NCBI RefSeq assembly: GCF_003231495.1
Contig: NZ_PQWO01000003.1
Location: 1 to 32,000, forward strand
Direction of reading: 5' to 3'
DNA from: Acaryochloris thomasi RCC1774
GTDB taxonomy: Bacteria > Cyanobacteriota > Cyanobacteriia > Thermosynechococcales > Thermosynechococcaceae
DNA length: 32,000 bases
Shown here piece by piece: positions 23,499 to 31,828 of the stretch. Position 1 is the first letter of the stretch. Every line of letters starts with the position of its first letter. A program made the translations under genes and the position numbers. Below the pieces are notes generated by a model. That model was not told where the DNA came from. It did not search any database and saw only the letters and a program-made list of their open reading frames with translations.

Positions 23499-26396
23499 AT
23501 GGCAGAAATAACACTCATCTGGCGAGTCTTAATTCTCTGTAGCGCTTGTTTCTTAATCGGTGGCCTACCGGTACCGAGCTGGGTTACCCGTATCTTGACC
23601 GGGAAGCGACTCTCTAAACTGGGGACTGGCAATGTCAGTGTCTCTGCCGCGTTCTATCACGGCGGCAAACCGGCAGGAATCCTGTCTGCACTTTCAGAGG
23701 CAGGGAAAGGGATTGCCGCAGTCTTGTTAGCCCGACAGCTATTTCCAACGATGCCTGCTTGGGAACTTTGGGGCTTGTTAGCGCTGGTTCTCGGTCGCAA
23801 TTTGATTGGGGGTGGGGCCGGGGCAACGAATACCTTTTGGGGATTTTGGGTTCATGACTGGGTAATGAACCTGATTTTTGTCTCTGGGGGTTGGGTGAGC
23901 TTTCACCTAGTGCGAAATCGGAAGAGATCGCAACTCATAATCCTCGCTTTGATGCCTATTGTCGTCGCCCTCCTGAGTAGAGACGGATCTAGAGTAATCG
24001 CTATGATGATGCTCAGTGGCTTTCTGGCCTGGACGTTCCTTCGTAAACCGGATGACTTAGAAATGTCAGCAACTCAGGGAAAATCTGACAAGATGCTGCG
24101 GTGGATGCAGCGAGATCGCAAACCTCTCTCTCTTAACCAGCAATTGGACACCCCTCAGGTGGGTCAAAAAGCGGCGACACTCGCTCAACTCAAGCAGTGG
24201 GGCTATGCGGTGCCGGACGGCTGGGTGCTCCCCGTCAACGGAGATGCGAAAGCTCTGATGGCACAGATTCAGTGCTCACCCGAACAGCCCGTCGTCGTGC
24301 GATCCTCAGCGGTCGGTGAAGACTCTGAAGAAGCTTCAGCGGCAGGGCAGTATGAGTCGATTTTGCATGTCATTAGTCAGGGGGCGTTGGGGGATGCGAT
24401 CTCAACTTGCCTCAGTTCTTACAACAGCGAAGGTGCTCAACAATATCGGCAGGACCGCCAGCTCACGGAAACCGCCATGGCCGTCCTCGTGCAGCAACAG
24501 GTGCAGGGCGTTGTCTCCGGCGTTGCCTTCAGTCGAGACCCGATTGCCTGTCAGGGATCAGCAGTCATCATCGAAGCATTACCAGGAGACGCAACTCAGG
24601 TCGTATCAGGACAAGTAACCCCAGAACAGTATCGGGTTGAGATCCAGGATCGAGACTGGAGCGACATCGATAGCGATCAGCTTCCGGCTATGACAGAGCA
24701 GGTTGTTCTGGGCATGGAAGGGAGTGGTGAAGTTTCGACGCAGATTATTCAACAGGTTGCGGTTCTGGCCCGCCACCTCGAATCTCGCTATCACGGCATT
24801 CCTCAGGATTTGGAATGGAGCTTCGATGGTAAAACGCTATGGCTACTGCAGGCGCGACCCATCACCACCCTTTTACCGATTTGGACTCGCAAGATTGCCG
24901 CCGAGGTGATTCCTGGGGTGATTCGCCCCCTGACTTGGTCCGTCAATCAACCCCTTACCTGTGGTGTCTGGGGTCAGATTTTCTCCATTGTGTTGGGGGA
25001 TCGCGCTCAGGATCTAGACTTTGGTCAAACGGCGACGCTACACCACGGCTATGCCTATTTCAATGCCTCTCTCCTGGGTGAAATCTTCCGGCGGATGGGT
25101 TTACCTCCTGAAAGCTTAGAATTCCTCACCCGAGGCGCAAAGTTTAGCAAGCCTCCCATCCGGTCAACCCTGATCAATATTCCAGGGTTACTGCGGCTCG
25201 TACAGCGGGAACGACAGCTCCTGCAAGACTTTCAGGATGACAACACAGACCGATTCCAACCCGCCCTAAAGAACTTCCAGCAAGAACCCACCGAAATGCT
25301 GAGCGCTGAGCAATTGCTATCGCGAGTAGAACAACTGCTGGCGTTGCTGGAGCAAGCAACCTACTACAGCATTTTGGCTCCTTTGGGTTTTGCCGCCCGT
25401 CAGGCGCTCTTCAAAGTTCAAGACTCAGATCTCAACAACGACAGTTCACCAGAGGTGACTTCGTTACAGGACATCCGCAGCTTGGCAGCCGTCACCCCAA
25501 AGGTCGCAGCAACCGATCAGAACTCACTTTTTGCAGCCTTAGCCACAAGCACAGAAGGGCAAAGCGTTCTAACTCAGCTAGAACAGCTAATTGATCGCTA
25601 TGGCTATCTCAGCGAAGTGGGGACCGATATCGCCGTCCCCACCTGGAAGGAAGATCCCAGTCCTGTCCGTGAATTATTCACTCAGTTTTGTCTGTCTCCA
25701 CCGACAGCGCCTCAGAAGACCGTTACCTCAAGCAACTGGAAAACGAAGCAGGTCCAGAAACGCCTGGATCTCAAAGGACAAGTTACATCGGTCTACAGTC
25801 AGTTACTGGCCCATCTACGATGGTGCTTTGTGGCCCTAGAAGATCAGTGGCGGCAGTCTGGAGTATTAACAGATACCGGCGATATTTTTTACTTAGAACT
25901 TAACGAGGTTCAACAGTGCGTGGCTCAAACAATAGCGCCAGAGAGAGTTGCAGAAAGGATTCACCAACGCAAGCAGAATTTTCATCAGATCTCCCCCCAA
26001 GCGCCCTTCTTGCTTTACGGGAAAAATCCTCCGATGCCATTGACGCCCACCAAAATCTCAGCGGCGAAAATGATGCAGGGGATTGGCGTTAGCGCTGGGC
26101 AGGTTGAAGGCCCTGTTAAGGTGCTACTAAATTTCAAGGCTGGGGTTACTAACCTTGATCCCGCCACAATTTTAGTGGTTCCCTACACTGATTCTGGCTG
26201 GGCTCCCCTCTTGGCCAGAGCCGCAGGACTGATTGCAGATGTGGGTGGCCGACTGTCCCACGGTGCGATTGTGGCCCGCGAGTACGGCATCCCTGCCGTG
26301 ATGGATATTAATCAGGCGACGCAACAACTGCAGGATGGTCAGATTGTGCGCATAGATGGGCAACGGGGCACTGTTGAGCTGGTGGATGGCCCTTGA
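23499..26396 (+). CDS. fusion protein: PlsY-like membrane domain + PEP/pyruvate-binding ATP-grasp domain + phosphohistidine swivel domain
   Basis: 965 aa. Residues 1-190 resemble PlsY (LIGGLPVPSWVTRILTGKRLSKLGTGNVSVSAAF, KGIAAVLLA, several TM helices). Residues ~215-470 resemble the PPDK_N domain (VGQKAATLAQLKQWGYAVPDGWVL, VVVRSSAVGEDSEEASAAGQYES, DLEWSFDGKTLWLLQARPIT). The C-terminus is a PEP-utilizer mobile domain (ILVVPYTDSGWAPLLARAAGLIADVGGRLSHGAIVAREYGIPAV; His921 at 26259-26261). Confidence 0.85.
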   Translation: MAEITLIWRVLILCSACFLIGGLPVPSWVTRILTGKRLSKLGTGNVSVSAAFYHGGKPAGILSALSEAGKGIAAVLLARQLFPTMPAWELWGLLALVLGRNLIGGGAGATNTFWGFWVHDWVMNLIFVSGGWVSFHLVRNRKRSQLIILALMPIVVALLSRDGSRVIAMMMLSGFLAWTFLRKPDDLEMSATQGKSDKMLRWMQRDRKPLSLNQQLDTPQVGQKAATLAQLKQWGYAVPDGWVLPVNGDAKALMAQIQCSPEQPVVVRSSAVGEDSEEASAAGQYESILHVISQGALGDAISTCLSSYNSEGAQQYRQDRQLTETAMAVLVQQQVQGVVSGVAFSRDPIACQGSAVIIEALPGDATQVVSGQVTPEQYRVEIQDRDWSDIDSDQLPAMTEQVVLGMEGSGEVSTQIIQQVAVLARHLESRYHGIPQDLEWSFDGKTLWLLQARPITTLLPIWTRKIAAEVIPGVIRPLTWSVNQPLTCGVWGQIFSIVLGDRAQDLDFGQTATLHHGYAYFNASLLGEIFRRMGLPPESLEFLTRGAKFSKPPIRSTLINIPGLLRLVQRERQLLQDFQDDNTDRFQPALKNFQQEPTEMLSAEQLLSRVEQLLALLEQATYYSILAPLGFAARQALFKVQDSDLNNDSSPEVTSLQDIRSLAAVTPKVAATDQNSLFAALATSTEGQSVLTQLEQLIDRYGYLSEVGTDIAVPTWKEDPSPVRELFTQFCLSPPTAPQKTVTSSNWKTKQVQKRLDLKGQVTSVYSQLLAHLRWCFVALEDQWRQSGVLTDTGDIFYLELNEVQQCVAQTIAPERVAERIHQRKQNFHQISPQAPFLLYGKNPPMPLTPTKISAAKMMQGIGVSAGQVEGPVKVLLNFKAGVTNLDPATILVVPYTDSGWAPLLARAAGLIADVGGRLSHGAIVAREYGIPAVMDINQATQQLQDGQIVRIDGQRGTVELVDGP

Positions 26397-26409
26397 ATGA
26401 ACAAGAGGG

Positions 26410-26445
26410 GATGCGATGGTCTCCGACCGGCCTTCGGCCATCGCA
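26410..26445 (+). repeat. 36-nt dispersed hairpin repeat, intergenic copy (terminator-like stem-loop)
   Basis: gatgcgatggtctccgaccggccttcggccatcgca begins 14 nt after the stop of the 965-aa gene. gcgatgg pairs with ccatcgc and the inner ccga pairs with tcgg. No U-tract follows. Confidence 0.8.
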
Positions 26446-26661
26446 ACGAAAACCGCTGGTCACCCCAAAAGCTGCCAACGCCGCTCTCACAGAAACTCTG
26501 AGCACGATCGTATACACCGTTAGCTCTAGCCAAAACTTTAAAGCTGGGCGGATGTAGAACTCTCAAGTCCTCAAGCAAAGTGCTGGACTTTTCTCCAGGC
26601 AAGCATTTTCTGCAGCAAATGCATCACTAATTATCCCAGAGAGATAAAAAGAGTTAGGGTT

Positions 26662-28149
26662 TTGTATCCTTACTTTCAGAACTGCAGTGCTTCCAGGTCA
26701 TTAAGGGAACCTAAGTATGTGGTGATCCTTATCGTTTTAGTGAAACAATTAGGGCTGAAACCATTCACTTTGCATTCTGGAACTGGTGTGGGTACAGCCT
26801 CAAGGTATTGGCAACTGGTAAGAATTGATGCCTCTGGTCAGAGAAGGGTTGATAGGATTCAAACAGCCTATGATTTCTTTCAGGAAGTCTTTGGCTCACA
26901 GGTCCAGGTGGATCAAGTCGCAGATGCGACGGTACAAAGCAAACTGATTCAATTTTGGAAGACGACCCAAAATTCTTCTCCGGCAGAGTGGTGTCTGCGT
27001 TGTTTTATTTCTAACGTGATTGACCAAGCCTGCGGGCAGTTAGAAACGCAGTTTGGTCGTCATCATGGCTTTAGTCGCTATGACCTGTTCCCCTTTGTCC
27101 TCAACGACAGTTACCCACCCCCAAGGCAGTTTCAGGGAAACTATCAATCCCTGGCCAGCCAGATCTTACAGACTTTTAAGCCTGAGAACGGTAGCCTAGT
27201 GACCTGGACCGTGCGGCGGGTACGTTGCGATCGCAACCTCAACAAATTTCTGCTAGAACACGGCATTTATCTGGTCAGTGACTGGGCAATCCTAAACGAC
27301 ACCTCACTTCAGCAGGTGGAGCGAATCCTATCAGAATTCCACAGCGCCACGGCCAGCGAAATCAAGCAGGCAATGGATCTTTTAAGCCGATATCACGCAG
27401 TCTACAGACGCGATCGCATCCAAAGGCGGCAGGCAGGGTTGAAGGGGCGTTGCTCAGAACCCACCGCAAACCAACTATCTCAAATAGCGGGTTCGGCAAC
27501 TGAAGCAGGCGTGATTCTAGCCCAGCTTCAGAGCCTTGCCGGACAGCTGCGTCGGTATCGAATCCATGCCCGAGGGGGACCAGCTCCGACAACGTCTCTA
27601 GATCAGCCCACGAATGAAAAGGGGCAGCTCCCGCAGCTTGCGGCTCCGGTCCCCGATCAGGCTGAAGATGAGCAGAACGCTTTTTTGACCCGCTACCGAG
27701 AGCAGTTCCGCCTCAGCTTAGATGAGGCGATCGGACAAATTCTCCGAAAGCAGCTTGAGTCTCGCAAGCCCCGTACAGCCGAGCAATTCCTTCAAGCTCT
27801 GTATCTGTTTCACTGTCGCGGACAGTCGATGACAGAGATTGCCCCCCAGGTGAATCTAAAGGCTCAGTATCAGGTCTCACGGCTGTTGAAGCTCAAAGAC
27901 CTCCGGGCCGATATTCGCCGTCAGGTGCTGCTAGATTTGCGCGATCGCGTGCTTCAACAAGCGAAGGTCTACGCAGATCCAAATCGTCTGCAGCAGCTCA
28001 ATGGTCAACTGGATACAGTCTTAGAAGAACAGGTTGAAGAGGTGATTCAAGAAGCTGCAGCCGAAGCCAGTGTTCCCCGAAACCGCCCTATTCGGAGTCT
28101 GTATGCCCGCAGGCTGTGTCAGGACCTAGACCAGAGGATAGAGAAATGA
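26662..28149 (+). CDS. divergent sigma-70-like / HTH protein (first gene of the CHAT-CHASE2 operon)
   Basis: 495-aa ORF with no in-frame ATG in the first ~230 codons. Candidate starts are TTG 26662, GTG 26719 (aaggga 10 nt upstream), GTG 26740 and TTG 26770. ILQTFKPENGSLVTWTVRRVRCDRNLNKFL parallels sigma region 2.3/2.4 (xKFDPxxGxxFSTYAxxxIR). GQSMTEIAPQVNLKAQYQVSRLLKLKDLRADIRRQ looks like a region-4 HTH. The stop overlaps the next start as ATGA. Confidence 0.55.
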   Translation: MYPYFQNCSASRSLREPKYVVILIVLVKQLGLKPFTLHSGTGVGTASRYWQLVRIDASGQRRVDRIQTAYDFFQEVFGSQVQVDQVADATVQSKLIQFWKTTQNSSPAEWCLRCFISNVIDQACGQLETQFGRHHGFSRYDLFPFVLNDSYPPPRQFQGNYQSLASQILQTFKPENGSLVTWTVRRVRCDRNLNKFLLEHGIYLVSDWAILNDTSLQQVERILSEFHSATASEIKQAMDLLSRYHAVYRRDRIQRRQAGLKGRCSEPTANQLSQIAGSATEAGVILAQLQSLAGQLRRYRIHARGGPAPTTSLDQPTNEKGQLPQLAAPVPDQAEDEQNAFLTRYREQFRLSLDEAIGQILRKQLESRKPRTAEQFLQALYLFHCRGQSMTEIAPQVNLKAQYQVSRLLKLKDLRADIRRQVLLDLRDRVLQQAKVYADPNRLQQLNGQLDTVLEEQVEEVIQEAAAEASVPRNRPIRSLYARRLCQDLDQRIEK

Positions 28150-29441
28150 CTGATATCTTCTCTGAATTAGTGTCAGATTTTGCGGTGGTGCAACCGCAGG
28201 CCATTGAACTCAAAGAGTCGCAGATTGAGCAGGCACTGCAGTGGAGTCAGGTTGCGACGAGTGAAGAGCAACAGTGGCAGCTTTATTTGCAGGGGCTGGC
28301 CTTGCAAAACTTTGAGCAGTGGCTTCAGACCCGAGACTCAGCGCTATCGGTACAGCGGATTCGGGGTTCCTTGCCTTCAGACGTTCCGTTTTTGCCCGCC
28401 GTCATGCTGGAGGTTGATCACTTCCGGCTCTGTTTGCTGATCAACGGTAGCTTGAGCGATACCCAAGTGACTGTTCCGCAGGCGGTAGTGGACCTGCCAG
28501 CATTTACGGCTCATATTTATGCACTAGTAGAGGTTCAGGAGGAACTCGATCAGAGCGTCGTAACGGCTTGTATGCGCCACGATCAGTTAGCACAGCAAAT
28601 AGCGACCCTCAAACCGCAATTGGACTGGTCTTATACAGTGCCGAGGAACTGGTTCAATTCGAGTCCCGATGATCTATTACTGTGGCTGCGTTGTCTTGCT
28701 CCAGAAGCTATTCCACTAGCTTCAACAATAGAGAGTAGCTCAAGACAAGTTGATTTGGAGCCACTACTGTCTCAACTGAAAACCAGCAAGCATCTATGGC
28801 AGGTGCTCAATTGGGAACAGGCGGCTGCCGTTCTGCAGAATAGTGAGCAAACTAATTGGCTACAGCGGGCGCTCCAGTCTCGTGATTTTGTCATGCAGGC
28901 ATCAGAAGCGATGGAGAATTTGGCATCAAGCCTCAACCCCATCAATACAGCCTTATGGTTACAGCAGACTGTAGAGAACTGGACAAGAGCCTGGGTCTTA
29001 GTGCCGTCTCTGGCCCTGCGGTCCAAGACTTCAGAGATGGAGCAGCCGGAGGAAATTTCAGTTCTGATCAGTGAACTGCAGCATCAGGGCGTTGAGATCC
29101 CAGCGACAGCGGCGGGGGCCTATCGAGATTTATCGCTAGGCTCAGCACAATTGCGTCTCTCCATTGTGGTGTGGTCTTCTGAAGCTGAATGGACTCTGCT
29201 GCTGCTTTTGGGACCGCAGCCCAAGACAGAACTCAGCAATACAGTGCGGCTACAGATCTGTGATGCAGACAAAATGCTGACGGACCTCACGCTGAGTCCA
29301 GAGAACCAGGAAACGTGTCTCTATTCAATGGTGAGTGGTGCTTTGGATGAGCAATTCTGGGCGACATTGATCCTAGAGCCTCCAGATCCGCAAACGATAA
29401 TGAAGCTGGCTCCCTTTAGGTTTGAGCCACCGCAGTCATGA
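28146..29441 (+). CDS. DUF1822-like protein
   Basis: I place the start at ATG 28146 (MTDIFSEL), which overlaps the upstream stop 28147-28149. The ORF track's 28116 is an upstream alternative. QQWQLYLQGLALQNFEQWLQ, LEVDHFRLCLLINGSL and AHIYALVEVQEELDQSVVTACM resemble the conserved DUF1822 blocks as I remember them. Confidence 0.6.
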   Translation: MTDIFSELVSDFAVVQPQAIELKESQIEQALQWSQVATSEEQQWQLYLQGLALQNFEQWLQTRDSALSVQRIRGSLPSDVPFLPAVMLEVDHFRLCLLINGSLSDTQVTVPQAVVDLPAFTAHIYALVEVQEELDQSVVTACMRHDQLAQQIATLKPQLDWSYTVPRNWFNSSPDDLLLWLRCLAPEAIPLASTIESSSRQVDLEPLLSQLKTSKHLWQVLNWEQAAAVLQNSEQTNWLQRALQSRDFVMQASEAMENLASSLNPINTALWLQQTVENWTRAWVLVPSLALRSKTSEMEQPEEISVLISELQHQGVEIPATAAGAYRDLSLGSAQLRLSIVVWSSEAEWTLLLLLGPQPKTELSNTVRLQICDADKMLTDLTLSPENQETCLYSMVSGALDEQFWATLILEPPDPQTIMKLAPFRFEPPQS

Positions 29442-31828
29442 GTGTGCGCCAGACCTATCGACTGAAGGTACAGCAGGTTGAGCAAGCTTGCCTTTTCGAT
29501 TTGTCTTGGGGCAAGGGGCAGCAGTTGTCGGCCCAGGTTAGCTATCCTGAGGCATTGGAGGCGGCTTATGCAACCTGGGTTCGCTGCTATCTTTTCTTTT
29601 ATAAGAACCTCTCTCTTGATGCAGCAACGGAACTAAGGGGAAAGCTGAAGGCAACGGGACGGATTACGCCTGTGGGTGTGGACTGGCAAGCTGAGCTGGT
29701 GCAGGCGGAGGCGGAGCTACTGCAGCAACTCCATCACTGGCTGCGGAGTGCGGAGCTGTATGAAATTCGGTCGGCTATTCGACAACCGGCTGATCTGTTA
29801 TTGGTCTGTGAGCCATTATCACTCGCACGGCTCCCCTGGGAAATGTGGGATTTAGGCAACGTCAGGATTGCTCGCTGTCCGGCAAATGTAAGGGCTACAA
29901 GTAATAGGTCACCTCACCAACGGCGGCGAGTGAGGGTGCTAGCGATTTTGGGGGATGAGAAAGGGCTCGATTTTGCTGCAGATCGCGCTGCGGTAAAGGC
30001 TCTAGCACCGAAGGCAGAGGTACAGTTTGTGGGCTGGCAGCCAGGGCTATCGATTCCTGAATTAAAGCGGCAAATTTGTGATGCGATTTCAGACCCTCTA
30101 GGCTGGGATATCTTGTTTTTTGCGGGCCACAGCAATGAAACAAACTTGACGGGAGGGGAACTTGCGATCGCACCCAACACCCTGATCACGATTAAGGAAA
30201 TTGCCCCCCACTTAAAGCAACTGCAGGAAAAAGGGCTGCAGCTTGCTATTTTCAATTCATGCAGTGGTTTGAGCATTGCGATCTCGCTGATTGACTTAGG
30301 CCTTAGTCAGGTTGCTGTGATGCGAGAGCCGATTCACAATCGGGTGGCACAGGTTTTTCTAGGCCGGTTCCTTAAGCATCTGAACAGTTATCAAGATGCC
30401 CATGATGCGCTATGTTCTGCGGTGGTGGGTCTGCAGCACGAAGAGAACCTTTCTTATCCATCGGCACACTTAATTCCTTCGTTCTTTCGCCACCCAGAGT
30501 CCAAGCCTTTTCGGCTACAGCCGATGGGGATAAGACAGTACATTCGACCTTGGCTACCCACGCGTCGAGAAGCTGTTACCTTGGCCATCCTCATTGTGTT
30601 GAGCTTATGGCCTTCACTGCAACGAACCTTGTTAGACCAGCGCATTCTGGCCCAGTCCGTTTATCGGATGCTCACAGATCAGATACCGGCTCAAACGACG
30701 CCACCGCTGACACTTGTACAAATTGATGATGCTTCTATTCAAAAGGCAGGCATCCGGGATCCAAAGCCGATGGATCGGGCTTATCTAGCTAAGCTGGTGG
30801 ATCGATTGGTCGCGCATAAAAGCCAGGTTATTGGAATTGATTATCTATTGGATCGTCAGCAGCCTCAATCGGATCCACTTTTAGCGTCTGCAGTTCGGTC
30901 TGCGGTTGCCCAACAAAATACTTGGCTCGTTTTTGCCTCAACAATACAACCCAATGGTTTAGAAATCGGGGTTAATCCGAAGACCGAGATTGCATCACCG
31001 ACTTGGAGCCTGCAAGCACACATACATGGTCAACCCACTCATATCGAGTTGCCTAGGGATGATTGCCGTCAAGCCTGTCCGTTCGCATATCTCATTGCGA
31101 TGTTGACGGCATATCAAGAGAATGGAACGGGTCTAGTGGGGCCTAGTCTAGAGAATAAGAAAAAGTTAAAATCGCATTTTCTCAATGATGCTCAGCAACT
31201 CTCAGAGCCAAAGCTTGACTTTATTCAGAAGCAACAACAAGCTTGGCTTTCACTTGGTTCTTACTATTTAAAACAGCAGTGGCTGGACCCAATTCTAGAT
31301 TTTTCGATACCACCAGAGCAGGCCTACCAGAGTATTCCAGCTTGGCAACTGCTAGCGACGAAGCAGGAAGAGAACTTGTCTTCAGTAGTAATCGTGGCTC
31401 CTGGCGGGTATAAAGAGGCTGGAGTCAATCAGTCTGATAACTTTGCAATACCTTTGGCTCTGCAGTTTTGGAGAGCATCTTTATCTGAGAATGATGGGAA
31501 TTTGGACAGAGCGGTTTTTACGGGCGGGGAGGCACATGCCTATATGGTGCATCATCTTCTGCAGAAACGCTTGGTGATTCCGATTCCAAATTTATGGATG
31601 GTTTTGCTGATGTCGTTTTTGGGAAAGGTAATCAGCTTAAGATGGGGTTATTCGCGACCTATTAAGTGGTGGCAAATACTTGGGGTGGGAACGGGTACAA
31701 CAGGTATTTATAGCCTGATTAGTTTACAGGGATATCTTTCAGCATCGGTTTTGTTTCCGGTTTTACTGCCGTCAATGACGGTTTTACTTTATCTTTTACC
31801 GCTTAGGGGTAGGCGTAATCATGGATAA
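29438..31828 (+). CDS. CHAT (caspase-like protease) domain fused to a CHASE2 extracytoplasmic sensor domain; membrane protein
   Basis: 796 aa. CHAT motifs LARLPWEMW, DILFFAGHS (His231, 30128-30130) and LAIFNSCSG (Cys275, 30260-30262). TM helix AVTLAILIVLSLW. CHASE2-type start LTLVQIDDASIQKAGIRDPKPMDRAYLAKLVDRLVAHKSQVIGIDYLLD. C-terminal TM cluster (LWMVLLMSFLGKVISL, ILGVGTGTTGIYSLISL, VLFPVLLPSMTVLLYLL). The ATG overlaps the upstream stop as ATGA. Confidence 0.82.
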   Translation: MSVRQTYRLKVQQVEQACLFDLSWGKGQQLSAQVSYPEALEAAYATWVRCYLFFYKNLSLDAATELRGKLKATGRITPVGVDWQAELVQAEAELLQQLHHWLRSAELYEIRSAIRQPADLLLVCEPLSLARLPWEMWDLGNVRIARCPANVRATSNRSPHQRRRVRVLAILGDEKGLDFAADRAAVKALAPKAEVQFVGWQPGLSIPELKRQICDAISDPLGWDILFFAGHSNETNLTGGELAIAPNTLITIKEIAPHLKQLQEKGLQLAIFNSCSGLSIAISLIDLGLSQVAVMREPIHNRVAQVFLGRFLKHLNSYQDAHDALCSAVVGLQHEENLSYPSAHLIPSFFRHPESKPFRLQPMGIRQYIRPWLPTRREAVTLAILIVLSLWPSLQRTLLDQRILAQSVYRMLTDQIPAQTTPPLTLVQIDDASIQKAGIRDPKPMDRAYLAKLVDRLVAHKSQVIGIDYLLDRQQPQSDPLLASAVRSAVAQQNTWLVFASTIQPNGLEIGVNPKTEIASPTWSLQAHIHGQPTHIELPRDDCRQACPFAYLIAMLTAYQENGTGLVGPSLENKKKLKSHFLNDAQQLSEPKLDFIQKQQQAWLSLGSYYLKQQWLDPILDFSIPPEQAYQSIPAWQLLATKQEENLSSVVIVAPGGYKEAGVNQSDNFAIPLALQFWRASLSENDGNLDRAVFTGGEAHAYMVHHLLQKRLVIPIPNLWMVLLMSFLGKVISLRWGYSRPIKWWQILGVGTGTTGIYSLISLQGYLSASVLFPVLLPSMTVLLYLLPLRGRRNHG

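Noticed and set aside
22624-23500. The possibility that the TA remnant marks a mobile element or genomic island boundary.
   Set aside because: I saw no integrase, transposase, tRNA target or flanking direct repeats. HIP1 sites occur on both sides. I treat it as an isolated decaying chromosomal TA locus.
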